Made by a program: the position numbers and the translations under genes. A stretch of DNA of 64,000 nucleotides, taken from NCBI GenBank assembly GCA_937879955.1, contig CALFMK010000001.1, positions 201,578-265,577 of the forward strand, read 5' to 3'. Positions 50,761 to 60,288 of the stretch are shown piece after piece. The notes below the pieces were generated by a model that did not search any database, was not told the origin of the DNA, and saw only the letters and a program-made list of their open reading frames with translations. Numbering within the stretch: the stretch's first letter is position 1; the number at the start of each line of letters is the position of its first letter. This DNA is from an uncultured bacterium. Its GTDB lineage: Bacteria; Patescibacteriota; Minisyncoccia; Phycocordibacterales; Phycocordibacteraceae.

Positions 50761-51918
50761 ATGCCTACCACGCTTCAGCCTTCAGACATCCTCAAGCGTG
50801 CACACGCCATCGGGAACTATTACGGCTTCGCGCCGCTTTCCTCTCTCACGCATGCCAAGCGCGGCCAGGGCGCGAAGGCGCCGTATCCTGACGGCTATGC
50901 GCTCGATACGCTCGACCCGCAGGCGAAGGAGGTCGTGGCGCTCTTGAAGCAGGTCCGCGATAGCGGCATGGCGCCCTCCGCCGCGCAGCCGCTCTTCTTC
51001 TGGCACAGCAACGCCGCGCAGGGACGCCCGGCGCCGAAGCAGATCGTGATCCAGTTCCATGTGCTCGGCGTCGAGCACGCGATCGGCGACGCCGTGCTCA
51101 TCCGCGCCGTGCGCGCGTTCATGCAGGACCTCGTGAAGGCCGACCCGAAGCTCCGCCTCAACAGCATGGGCGACAAGGAGACGCGCAGCCGCTACGCGCG
51201 CGAGTTCGCGCAGTTCACCAGGAAGCACGGAAACGCGCTTCCGGTCGAATGCATCGAGAAGGCGAAGAGCGGGAACGTGATCGAGGCGGCATCCATGCTC
51301 ACCTGCATGAAGGATTACGTCGACCTGCTCCCGTCCCCGACCGACCACCTCTCCGAGGCGAGCCGCAAGCACTTCGAGTCCGTGCTCGAGTACCTCGAGA
51401 CGACCGACACCCCGTACGAGCTCGCGCCGGACCTTCTCTCGCACGGGAACTCGTGGGCCGAGACCTGCTTCGACCTCTCCATCCCGAACGGCAACGATAC
51501 GCTCCATGCCTGGGGCTCCCGCTACAACGAGCTCGCGCGCCCGTTCTTCAAGTCCGCGGTGCATTCGGTAGGCGCCATCGTCCGCATCAACACGGCGAAC
51601 CGCGAGACCATCGCGCCCGTGAAGGAGCGCGGCGCGCCCCGCTTCGTGTTCGTGCACATCGGCGACGAGGCGAAGCGCGAGAGCATGAAGATGGCCGACG
51701 AGCTGCGCCGCGCACGCATCCCGATGACGCAGGCCATGGGCGTCGCGTCGCTGTCCGAGCAGATGCGCCTCGCCGAGACCCATAACCCGCAGTACCTCCT
51801 CATCATGGGCCGCAAGGAGGCGCTCGAGCGCAACGTCATCCTCCGCGAGCGCTCCACGCATACCGAGACCTTCATTCCGCTCTCGTCCCTCATAGATAGA
51901 TTGAAGTCGGTGGCGTAA
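50761..51918 (+). CDS. Degenerate histidyl-tRNA synthetase paralogue with anticodon-binding domain
   Basis: YYGF, LNSMGD..TR, LSEASRKHFESVLEYL, GSRYNELA, C-terminal HGTP domain; motif 2 FRxE absent. Confidence 0.8.
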   Translation: MPTTLQPSDILKRAHAIGNYYGFAPLSSLTHAKRGQGAKAPYPDGYALDTLDPQAKEVVALLKQVRDSGMAPSAAQPLFFWHSNAAQGRPAPKQIVIQFHVLGVEHAIGDAVLIRAVRAFMQDLVKADPKLRLNSMGDKETRSRYAREFAQFTRKHGNALPVECIEKAKSGNVIEAASMLTCMKDYVDLLPSPTDHLSEASRKHFESVLEYLETTDTPYELAPDLLSHGNSWAETCFDLSIPNGNDTLHAWGSRYNELARPFFKSAVHSVGAIVRINTANRETIAPVKERGAPRFVFVHIGDEAKRESMKMADELRRARIPMTQAMGVASLSEQMRLAETHNPQYLLIMGRKEALERNVILRERSTHTETFIPLSSLIDRLKSVA

Positions 51919-52025
51919 CCCGACTGCACAGGGGCCCTGGCACTCCTGCCAAGGCCTTTTGTATATTGACATTTACCTAATTGTATGTTTATAATGGATA
52001 CAGAAACCTCACGGGAGTCCTCCTA

Positions 52026-52319
52026 ATGACCGACACGAAGACCGACCTTCCACTCATCGCCCTTTCCGTCATGATGATCATCGGCGGCCTGCTCATGGCC
52101 TTCGCGGTCGCGAACCTGCCGGCCTCCAACAAGGTCGTCCTCGGCGGCTTCGCTGCCCTGGGCGTCGGCTTCGGCACGGCGCTCTTCCGCACCGGGCTGC
52201 AGGACCGCATCGACCGCTGGAGCATCGCTTGCCTCCTGTTCGGGGCCGCCGGCTTCGTAATCGGCGGTATCGCGGCCATCATCAACCACCCTGCCTCGCA
52301 CGTCGTCTTCGGCCTGTAG
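52026..52319 (+). CDS. Small three-TM orphan membrane protein
   Basis: TTGACA..TATAAT promoter, GGGAG SD, three hydrophobic segments. Confidence 0.7.
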   Translation: MTDTKTDLPLIALSVMMIIGGLLMAFAVANLPASNKVVLGGFAALGVGFGTALFRTGLQDRIDRWSIACLLFGAAGFVIGGIAAIINHPASHVVFGL

Positions 52320-52403
52320 GCGCCGCGCCCGTTGTCTTTCCAGACAGCGGGCGTTTTCATGCCTTCCTAGACAGGAAACCCCCATTTATGCTATTCTCCG
52401 GCT

Positions 52404-52664
52404 ATGCAAAACGCCGTCCGTATTGAGGTTGTCCGCAGCAAGAACGAGAGTTCTGCTTCGCTCATCCGCCGTTTCTCCCGCCGTGGCCAGGGTCTCGGCC
52501 TCGTCCGTGCCCTCCGCAAGCGCCGCTACTTCGTCCGCGAGAAGTCGAAGAACGTCGATCACGCTCGCGCCATGATCCGCGGAGAGCGCATCGCCGAGTA
52601 CAACGAGCAGGTGAAGCTCGGCAAGATCGATCCAGCAGCCCGCAAGGGACGCGGAAAGAAGTAG
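52404..52664 (+). CDS. rpsU: 30S ribosomal protein S21
   Basis: IEV.RSKNES..SLIRRFSRR......VR.LRKRRYF. Confidence 0.75.
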   Translation: MQNAVRIEVVRSKNESSASLIRRFSRRGQGLGLVRALRKRRYFVREKSKNVDHARAMIRGERIAEYNEQVKLGKIDPAARKGRGKK

Positions 52665-52705
52665 CATCGAGCGCCTCCGGGCGCTTTTTGCTTTACACTC
52701 TCCCT

Positions 52706-53137
52706 ATGACATCCACTCTCGACATCCGCAACTTCACGAAGTCCCCTGTTCCCCGCTTCCCGTACGAGGAGGCGCTGAACGCTATCCTTCCCGGGTGGGA
52801 CATGTCGCTCGCCTTCGCAGGAAAAGCGCGCGCCAAGGCTATGAACGTGGCGCTCCGGAACAAGGACTACGTCCCGAACGTGCTCTCGTACGAATCCGGC
52901 ACGAAGTCCGGCGAGATCGTGATCTGCCTCGAGGTCGCGAAGAAGCAGGCACCCGACTACGACATGACGTACACGGAGTTCGTCGGGTTCCTTTTTATCC
53001 ACGGCTGCTTCCATTTGAAGGGAGAGCAGCACGGGGCTACAATGGAGCGCAAGGAACGCTTGATGCTCAAGCGGCTTACTAGCCCGTCACAGAAATCCTC
53101 CACCGCTAATGTCCCGACGAATCGCAACCGGCATTGA
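52706..53137 (+). CDS. ybeY: rRNA maturation endoribonuclease YbeY
   Basis: N..LRNKDY.PNVLSY, GEIVIC, IHGCFHLKG..H. Confidence 0.92.
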   Translation: MTSTLDIRNFTKSPVPRFPYEEALNAILPGWDMSLAFAGKARAKAMNVALRNKDYVPNVLSYESGTKSGEIVICLEVAKKQAPDYDMTYTEFVGFLFIHGCFHLKGEQHGATMERKERLMLKRLTSPSQKSSTANVPTNRNRH

Positions 53138-54281
53138 TATCGGCACGCACCAGACGAAAGTCGTGGTGGTCGAGGAGGTGCAGACGGAGCAGGGTTCGGA
53201 GCTTCATATCATCGGGACAGGCATCGCTGAGAGCCGTGGCATGCGCCACGGCTACGTCGTAGACGCCGAGGACGCGGCCGAGAGCGTGCGTGCCGCCCGC
53301 GCGCAGGCGGAACAGGCCGCCCGCGTGCCCATCCGCCGCGGCTTCCTCGCGATCGGCGGCGTCTCGCTCGACGAGGTCCGCGCCACCGGCGAGACCATCA
53401 TCTCCCGCGCCGACCAGGAGATAACCGACCTCGACCTCGAGAAGGTGCTCGACAACGCGCGCGAGGCCGCGCGCCCGAGCTTCCTTAACCGGACCGTCCT
53501 CCATGAGATCCCGATAGAGTTCAGGGTCGACGGCGCGAAGTCGCTCGGCGAGCCAGTAGGCCTCAAGGGCACGCGCCTCACCGCCGACTACCTCTTCATC
53601 ACTTGTCTCACACAGCATGCGGACGTACTCACCATGACGACGGAAGCCGCAAACATCGAGGTCATCGACCGCATGGCCTCCCCGCTCGCCGGCTCCTACG
53701 TCACCCTCACGAAGGACCAGAAGATGAAGGGCTGCGTGCTCGCCAACATCGGCGCGGAGACCGTCTCCATCGTCGTCTATGACGAGGGCCTCCCTATCTC
53801 CGTGAAGGTGTTCCCGATCGGCTCGACCAACATCACCGACGACCTCGCGCTCGGCTTCAAGGTGTCCCTCGAGGACGCGGAGCGCCTGAAGCTCGGCAGG
53901 CTCGGCGGCAACATGTATCCCCGGAAGCGCGTGGACGAGATCGTCACGGCCCGCTTCCGCGCCATGTTCGAGCTCATCGACAAGCACCTGAAGATGCTCG
54001 GCCGTCGTGGCTCCCTCCCTGCCGGCATCATCATCTCCGGCGGCGCCTCCGGCCAGGGTGCGATCTCAGACATCGCGAAGGGTACGCTCAACCTCCCGTC
54101 CCGCATCGCGGACCTCAAGGTATCGAGCGACACGAAGGTGAAGGACGCGACCTGGGCCGTCGCGTACGGCCTCGCGCTCTGGGGACTCACCGGGGACACC
54201 GAGACGCCGAAGAAGCAGGCGAATCCCGTAGGCGACATCGTCGCTACCGCGCAGAAGTTTTTGAAGCAGTTCCTGCCGTAA
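53109..54281 (+). CDS. ftsA: Cell division protein FtsA
   Basis: GIDIGTHQTKV, NIGAET, IGSTNITDDLA, AERLK, IISGGAS. Confidence 0.95.
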   Translation: MSRRIATGIDIGTHQTKVVVVEEVQTEQGSELHIIGTGIAESRGMRHGYVVDAEDAAESVRAARAQAEQAARVPIRRGFLAIGGVSLDEVRATGETIISRADQEITDLDLEKVLDNAREAARPSFLNRTVLHEIPIEFRVDGAKSLGEPVGLKGTRLTADYLFITCLTQHADVLTMTTEAANIEVIDRMASPLAGSYVTLTKDQKMKGCVLANIGAETVSIVVYDEGLPISVKVFPIGSTNITDDLALGFKVSLEDAERLKLGRLGGNMYPRKRVDEIVTARFRAMFELIDKHLKMLGRRGSLPAGIIISGGASGQGAISDIAKGTLNLPSRIADLKVSSDTKVKDATWAVAYGLALWGLTGDTETPKKQANPVGDIVATAQKFLKQFLP

Positions 54282-54357
54282 CGCTGCATCACACACCGCA
54301 TTGACTGGCACCGGCACGCGGTGCCATTCTTTTATACAGAAGCGAAAGGAGGGCACC

Positions 54358-54378
54358 ATGTCGAAGTTCGGCCACTAA
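54358..54378 (+). other. Six-codon micro-ORF MSKFGH with strong SD within a structured intergenic region
   Basis: AAAGGAGG-GCACC-ATG TCG AAG TTC GGC CAC TAA. Confidence 0.35.
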
Positions 54379-54443
54379 CGCAAGGCGAGAAGAGAGCGTA
54401 GCGCTCTCTATTCCCTGCTCCGGGGTATGCGGAAACGGAGCGC

Positions 54444-54480
54444 GGTCCCGGCATCTGCTGATCAGATGCCGGGACCTTTC
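54444..54480 (+). terminator. Intrinsic terminator-like hairpin between ftsA and ftsZ
   Basis: GGTCCCGGCATCTG-N5-CAGATGCCGGGACC-TTTC. Confidence 0.65.
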
Positions 54481-54590
54481 CATGAGACACTGAAATAACA
54501 GCACGATTCCTCTATTTGTCAGGATTTGCGGCCTCGTTCCATCCTTGTATGATAAGGCCACGTTATTAGGGGACCCGTTAACAGCTCCAT

Positions 54591-55892
54591 ATGTCAAAGC
54601 GTGTAGAACCAGAAGTCGAGACGTTCGCCAGGATCCGTGTCGTAGGTGTCGGCGGCTCCGGCTGCAACGCCGTGAACCACATGGTTAATTCGAAGGTGAA
54701 GGGCGTTGAGTTCATCGCCGTCAACTCCGACGCGCAGGACCTCCACCGCTCCCTCGCGAAGCGGAAGATCCATATCGGCAAGAATCTCACCCGCGGCCTC
54801 GGCACCGGCATGAACCCGGAGCTTGGCAAGCGCGCGGCTGAGGAGACCCGCCAGGAGATCCAGGAGGCGCTCCAGGGCTCCGACATGGTCTTCATCACCT
54901 GCGGCATGGGAGGCGGCACCGGCACCGGCGCAGCTCCGGTCGTAGCGCGCATCGCGAAGGAGATCGGCGCGCTCACCGTCGCGGTGGTCACCCGCCCGTT
55001 CATGTTCGAGGGCATGCACCGCAAGGACCTCGCGGAGCGCGGCCTCTTCGAGCTCAAGAAGGAGGTGGATGCGTTCATCGTGATCCCGAACGACAAGCTC
55101 CTCGCGGTAGTCGAGGCGCAGACCTCAGCGAAGTCCGCGTTCGCGATGGCCGATGAGATCCTCCGTCAGGCCGTCGAGGGCGTCTCCGACATCATCACCA
55201 CCCCGGGCGAGATCAACACCGACTTCAACGACATCAAGGCCATCATGGAGGGCGCAGGCCCTGCCCTCATGGGCATCGGCATCGCCGAAGGCGACCGCCG
55301 TGCACAGGACGCCGCGGCCCAGGCCGTGAACTCCCCGCTCCTCGACGTCTCCATCACGGGCGCGAAGGGCGTGCTCTTCGTAGTCGCCGGCGCTGACGAC
55401 CTCGGCATCCTCGAGGTCCAGGAGGCGGCCAAGGTGGTCTCCGACTCGGTGGACCCATCCGCGAAGGTCATCTTCGGTATCATGCGCGACGAGAAGCTCA
55501 AGAAGGGCCAGATCCGCATCATCGTCATCGCGACCGGATTCCCGGAGGGCGAGAGCGGCAGCGAGCAGGGCATCGAGCGCTCCCTCTTCGCGATGCAGCC
55601 TGCCGAGCAGGGAGAGGCCCGCGGCAAGATCTATAACGACATCGGCCGCCGCGAGGAGCCAGCTCCAGCCCCGGCACCAGCGCCCGCGCCGGTCCCTGAG
55701 CCAGTGCTCGCGCCAGAGCCGCCGAAGGTGGAAAAGCGCCGCGAGGAGCCTCTCGTGACCGCGCAGCCGCGCCGCGAGGAGCAGGCTCCGGTCCAGAAGA
55801 CCGTTACCCCGCCGTCGGCACAGAACGCAGCCGAGGACGAGGACGAGGCCTGGGGCGCGATCCCATCCTTCCTCCGCCGCCATAAGAAGTAA
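54591..55892 (+). CDS. ftsZ: Cell division protein FtsZ
   Basis: GVGGSGCNAV, GMGGGTGTG tubulin signature, C-terminal IPSFLR. Confidence 0.98.
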   Translation: MSKRVEPEVETFARIRVVGVGGSGCNAVNHMVNSKVKGVEFIAVNSDAQDLHRSLAKRKIHIGKNLTRGLGTGMNPELGKRAAEETRQEIQEALQGSDMVFITCGMGGGTGTGAAPVVARIAKEIGALTVAVVTRPFMFEGMHRKDLAERGLFELKKEVDAFIVIPNDKLLAVVEAQTSAKSAFAMADEILRQAVEGVSDIITTPGEINTDFNDIKAIMEGAGPALMGIGIAEGDRRAQDAAAQAVNSPLLDVSITGAKGVLFVVAGADDLGILEVQEAAKVVSDSVDPSAKVIFGIMRDEKLKKGQIRIIVIATGFPEGESGSEQGIERSLFAMQPAEQGEARGKIYNDIGRREEPAPAPAPAPAPVPEPVLAPEPPKVEKRREEPLVTAQPRREEQAPVQKTVTPPSAQNAAEDEDEAWGAIPSFLRRHKK

Positions 55893-55953
55893 TCTGATAC
55901 GGCGTATGAAATCCCCCGAAGCTCGCTCCAGGGGATTTTGCTATACTGACCTC

Positions 55954-56880
55954 ATGAACGACCTCATCATCATTGGCGGCGGACCGGCAGGCGTCGCCGC
56001 GGGCGTATATGCCGCCCGAAAGCGCCTCAAGACCGTGCTCATAGCCGAGGAGATCGGCGGACAGAGCACCGTGTCCGACGGCATCGAGAACTGGATCGGG
56101 ACCGTGAACATCAAGGGCGAGGACCTGAAGAAGTCCTTCAAGGCGCATCTCGAGGCCTATAAGGAGAACGTAGTCGAAATCATCGAAGGAGACCGCGTCG
56201 AGAAGCTCGAGAAGGCCGGGAACGGCTTCACGGCTACCACCCGCGACTGCAAGGAGTATTCGGCGCGCGCCGTGCTCCTCGCCTCGGGCGCGTCCCGCAA
56301 GAAGCTCCTCGTCCCGGGCGCGGACCTCTTCGAGAACAAGGGCGTGACGTACTGCGCTTCCTGCGACGGCCCGGTCTTCGCCGGACAGGACGTAGCGGTC
56401 GTGGGCGGCGGCAACGCCGGCCTCGAGACCGCCGCGCAGCTCCTCGCCTACGCGAAGTCCGTCACCATCATCCATCGCCACGCGTCCTTCAAGGGCGAGG
56501 CCATCACCGTGGAGAAGATTCTCTCGCACCCGAACCTCCGGACCGTGATGAACGCGGAGCCGACCGAGGTCATCGGCGAGAAGTTCGTCGCGGGACTCAA
56601 GGTGAAGGACCGTACGACCGGCGAGATAGAGACGCTCCCGGTCTCCGGCGTCTTCGTCGAGGTCGGCGTCATCCCGAACACGAGCTTCGCGAAGGACCTC
56701 GTCGAGCTCGATCCGGTCGGGCACGTCGTGACCAACGCGCGCGACCAGCACACCTCCTGCGAGGGCATCTGGGCGGCCGGCGACTGCACCGACGAGCTCT
56801 ATCACCAGAACAACATCGCCGCGGGCGACGCCGTGAAGGCGCTCGAGGACATATATCAGTGGCTGATGAAGCACTCGTAA
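55954..56880 (+). CDS. trxB: Thioredoxin reductase / AhpF-like FAD oxidoreductase
   Basis: GGGPAG, YCASCDG, GGGNAG, AAGDCT. Confidence 0.9.
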   Translation: MNDLIIIGGGPAGVAAGVYAARKRLKTVLIAEEIGGQSTVSDGIENWIGTVNIKGEDLKKSFKAHLEAYKENVVEIIEGDRVEKLEKAGNGFTATTRDCKEYSARAVLLASGASRKKLLVPGADLFENKGVTYCASCDGPVFAGQDVAVVGGGNAGLETAAQLLAYAKSVTIIHRHASFKGEAITVEKILSHPNLRTVMNAEPTEVIGEKFVAGLKVKDRTTGEIETLPVSGVFVEVGVIPNTSFAKDLVELDPVGHVVTNARDQHTSCEGIWAAGDCTDELYHQNNIAAGDAVKALEDIYQWLMKHS

Positions 56881-56947
56881 TTCCCTACTTGGATACAGAA
56901 AGAGCCGCATCCTCGGATGCGGCTCTTTCTGTTCTGTAAGGAGAGGC

Positions 56948-57058
56948 TTACGCAGCCTCCTCCTCGCCAGCCTCCTCAGGAGCTGCTTCCTCGGCCGGAG
57001 CCTCGGCAACCTCCTCCTCGACGCCCTCTACTGGGGCGACAACCTCGTTCTCATCCAT
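56948..57058 (-). CDS. Highly acidic micro-protein (36 aa)
   Basis: MDENEVVAPVEGVEEEVAEAPAEEAAPEEAGEEEAA; host-like codons; terminator downstream. Confidence 0.6.
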   Translation of the reverse strand: MDENEVVAPVEGVEEEVAEAPAEEAAPEEAGEEEAA

Positions 57059-57184
57059 GATGATTTGGGAGAATGGCCTTGCTCTGCCGTGAGGCGAAAG
57101 ACAAAGCCATCCAATGCTTAATTGGCTGGCAATTCGACCGACAGGATAAGTGTAGCAGCCGACGGTGAATGCACAATGAACCCG

Positions 57185-58402
57185 CTACACCTTCGCTTTC
57201 GGCTCGTTCATGTCCCAGATGAGGGCCGCCACGTTGCGAGGCTTCCCTTCGAACGGGAGATGATGGTTGTCGAAGAACGGCATGCTGTTGCACTCGAGTA
57301 TGCCGCAGCGGTCCTGCTCCTTCCATGAGCGGCTCATGTCGCCGACGATGAAGTCGAGGCCCACGATCGCCGCCTTGAGCACGCGTGCCACCTCCTCGAA
57401 GAGCGCGATGTTGTCAGGGTGGGTCTCATCCGTGACGTCCGCGGTGGTGCCGCCCACGCTCCAGTTGATCTTCTGGTGCAGCGTCGCGCGTACGCCTTCC
57501 GGCAGCACGCTGTCGACGGTGAGCCCCTGCCACGCGAGCTCGGCTTCGGCCAGGGCGTCGAGCTTCATCTGGTGGAAGTAGGGGCCCGAGCGGGCCGGAT
57601 GCTGGTTCGCCTTCTCGACGAGCTCCGCTATGGTGCTCACCCCGTCCCCTATGACATGCGGCTGGTCCCTGCGGAGCGCCGCCGCGAACTTCCCGTCGAC
57701 GACCGTCGCGCGGTACACCGAGCCGACGAGCTCCTCCTCGATCACGACCTTCGGCGCGATCTGCTTCGCGATCCTGAAGCCGCGCGCGAGCTCCTCTTCG
57801 TTCGTTATGTGAAGGACGGTATGACGGGAGGCGGAGCCCGAGAACGGCTTCGCGATGACCGGCGGCGTGAGCGTCTTGAAGAGCTTCTTCGCCTCCTTGA
57901 GCGTCTCTACCGCCCCGCCCTTCGCTACCGGCAGTCCGAGCTTCCGGAACTTCTCCTTGAGCACCGCCTTGTTGTCCATCCACGGTACGCGCTCAATCTC
58001 TGCCTTCCCAGGGATCGGGATGCCCTCGTACGCGATCTGCCTGCCGTCCGGATACCTCGCCACGAAGATGTTGCGCGGAAGGTTGAAGAGGCGGAACTCC
58101 GCGACCTCGATCCCCCGCTCCTTCGCCTCGTTCCAAAGCATGAGCGCGAGCAGCTGCGTGTCGTCGTCCGCTTCCGTGACGCGCGTCGCCCATCCTTGAT
58201 CCATCATCATGTTGAGTATCTTCGGGGTGAGCCTGCGCTCGATGCCGTAGACGATCCGGGCTATCGCGCGGAAGAGCGCGTTCGGGGTCGTGAGGGGCGC
58301 CATGATCTCGTCCACGACGATGCTTATATAGGTGGTCTTATGGAAGATGGCCCCGTCGCCGCACTCGGCGCATTCCTGGGGCTTCGGGAGTGTGAATGCC
58401 AT
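57185..58402 (-). CDS. ATP-grasp ligase, cyanophycin synthetase/GshAB-like N-terminal domain
   Basis: DNK..LK....GLPV..G, IAKP..GS, P.VIGDGVSTI.ELV, GLDFI, LECNS.P. Confidence 0.82.
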   Translation of the reverse strand: MAFTLPKPQECAECGDGAIFHKTTYISIVVDEIMAPLTTPNALFRAIARIVYGIERRLTPKILNMMMDQGWATRVTEADDDTQLLALMLWNEAKERGIEVAEFRLFNLPRNIFVARYPDGRQIAYEGIPIPGKAEIERVPWMDNKAVLKEKFRKLGLPVAKGGAVETLKEAKKLFKTLTPPVIAKPFSGSASRHTVLHITNEEELARGFRIAKQIAPKVVIEEELVGSVYRATVVDGKFAAALRRDQPHVIGDGVSTIAELVEKANQHPARSGPYFHQMKLDALAEAELAWQGLTVDSVLPEGVRATLHQKINWSVGGTTADVTDETHPDNIALFEEVARVLKAAIVGLDFIVGDMSRSWKEQDRCGILECNSMPFFDNHHLPFEGKPRNVAALIWDMNEPKAKV

Positions 58403-58517
58403 GGTCCGTACAGTATAGCTCATATGCTTGGCCATGCTGCCCGTTCATGAACGCTTCAGGGCACTTGCGGTAGGCTCGAGACCAGGCTGATCATTCACAT
58501 CCAGGGGGATATTCAGG

Positions 58518-59636
58518 ATGGAAATACTTCCGAATCCGTATAGCAATAGCTTGCTCGTGCGACGCCTTGGCATGAGCCCCGAGATCGGGGTCTTCGACCT
58601 CGATCATACGCTCACAGGACCAAAGAGCGCACAGGTGAAGGCTCACGCCCTCATCAACGCCCGCGGACCCATGATCATCAATACCGCTCGCGAGACCGGC
58701 ATGGTCATGTCGAGCGGCGCGCTCGAAGCGTCACGCAAGTACGGCTACGAACGCGCCGCGCCGCATCTTGGCGTGGACGAGGAGACCGGGAAGCGCACCT
58801 ACGCGAGACCCGAGCGACTCGATCAGTATGCTGGGCATCTCGATCCGGCCGCCATCATCGGCTTCGGGGGCGGCGTGCTGCTCCGGCAGCACGATCGCGG
58901 CTACGCCATGGACGATTCCTTCTCGAGCCTGCTCGGGAAGGACTTCCGGAAGCGCATGCGCGCGCACCTCGAGGCCATCGACTTCGAGGGCGACCTTATC
59001 GCGTACCTCTCGCCGCTTGAGGACGAGACCGCCTTCGTAGACGGGCGGACGGACGTGGAGCCGCTCTACTGGCGGATCCAGGTCAATCCGAAGGACGAGG
59101 TGCATAAGACGGACCTCAAGTTCCGCATTGCGTCGTATCTGCTCGCCATCGGCGAGTATGCGGCCGTGCGGATCGTGGACGAGAGCCGCCCAGGCCGCCC
59201 GTGCTTCTATATCGTCCCCGTCATGGGTACGAAGGAAGCGTCGGCCGACCATCTGCTCCGGCATTCGCTCGAAGAAGCGAGAGTCGACATCAAGAGCGTG
59301 AATCTCACGCTCGCGGATGACGCGTTCACCGGCCTGCACATGGCGACCGACGTGCTCCCCGGAGCGAACGGGACGTTCATACTTCCCGGCAAGGCTCCGG
59401 TTGCGCGGCACCTCATGCCTTCGAGCGACGTCTACGGGAAGCCGTTCGTCGGCGAGGACGTGTCCTGGCTTCTCGAGCGGCTCGAGCCAACCACCCAGGA
59501 AGGCGTCTACCGCTGCCGCATGCCCGGCGACATGCCCGACCGGCGATTCGTCATCGCCGACCAGGCCGTCCCCGGCCTCGTAGCCGCGGAGTCCATCCTC
59601 GCGCTCGACGAGCGCGGACTCATCTATCCCGCGTAG
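58518..59636 (+). CDS. Divergent HAD-superfamily hydrolase-like orphan
   Basis: VFDLDHTLTG (DxDxT motif I), INTAR motif II, GTK, ADD. Confidence 0.7.
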   Translation: MEILPNPYSNSLLVRRLGMSPEIGVFDLDHTLTGPKSAQVKAHALINARGPMIINTARETGMVMSSGALEASRKYGYERAAPHLGVDEETGKRTYARPERLDQYAGHLDPAAIIGFGGGVLLRQHDRGYAMDDSFSSLLGKDFRKRMRAHLEAIDFEGDLIAYLSPLEDETAFVDGRTDVEPLYWRIQVNPKDEVHKTDLKFRIASYLLAIGEYAAVRIVDESRPGRPCFYIVPVMGTKEASADHLLRHSLEEARVDIKSVNLTLADDAFTGLHMATDVLPGANGTFILPGKAPVARHLMPSSDVYGKPFVGEDVSWLLERLEPTTQEGVYRCRMPGDMPDRRFVIADQAVPGLVAAESILALDERGLIYPA

Positions 59637-59677
59637 AACCTTCAAGGGCGCCCGCTTTCGCGGACGCCCTTTTTCTT

Positions 59678-59765
59678 TGGCGGAGAGGGGGAGATTCGAA
59701 CTCCCGATACCTTTCGGCATGCCGGTTTTCGAAACCGGTCGTTTCAACCACTCACGCACCTCTCC
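59678..59765 (-). tRNA. tRNA-Ser(CGA)
   Basis: GGAGAGG..CCTCTCC-GCCA, loop TT-CGA-AA, long variable arm. Confidence 0.95.
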
Positions 59766-59837
59766 GTGGATTGGAACCCATGCATCCTAGCATTTCCGGT
59801 GCCAAAAATGTAGGATGGCTAGGTGCCGCACAGGAAA

Positions 59838-59912
59838 GGTCCCATCGTCTAACGGTTAGGACGCCCGCCTTTCACGCAGGAAATCGGGGTTCGATTCCCC
59901 GTGGGATCACCA
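59838..59912 (+). tRNA. tRNA-Glu(TTC)
   Basis: GGTCCCA..TGGGATC-ACCA, loop CT-TTC-AC. Confidence 0.95.
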
Positions 59913-60050
59913 TCTGAAAAGTTGACAATATAATACGATTGTAGTAATCTTTCAGCATCAACGTAGCGCTGAGTAAGTAGTACGGAAATCGTAGTTTCGA
60001 TATCCAGCCTCATTGATGCTTACTTAGGTGCGCAGAAAAACACTATCGTC

Positions 60051-60251
60051 ATGCAGACAGGAACTATCGTCGGACTTACTGACAAGGGCTTCGGATTTAT
60101 CCGCATCGAGGGAGTAGCGAAGGACCTCTTCTTCCACTCCAACGAGCTCGTGAACGTACACTTCGACGACCTCCGCCAGGGAGACAAGCTCGAGTTCGAG
60201 ATCGCAGAGGGTCCTAAGGGACAGAACGCGGTCAAGGTCAGCAAGATCTAA
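60051..60251 (+). CDS. cspA: Cold-shock protein
   Basis: KGFGFI, LFFHS, GPKGQNA; TTGACA-N17-TAATCT promoter with long 5' UTR. Confidence 0.95.
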   Translation: MQTGTIVGLTDKGFGFIRIEGVAKDLFFHSNELVNVHFDDLRQGDKLEFEIAEGPKGQNAVKVSKI

Positions 60252-60288
60252 CCCGAACGCAAAAGCGCCCCATCTCGGGGCGCTTTTG

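Noticed and set aside
55660-55720. PAPAPAPAP repeat in ftsZ
   Set aside because: Ordinary disordered FtsZ linker
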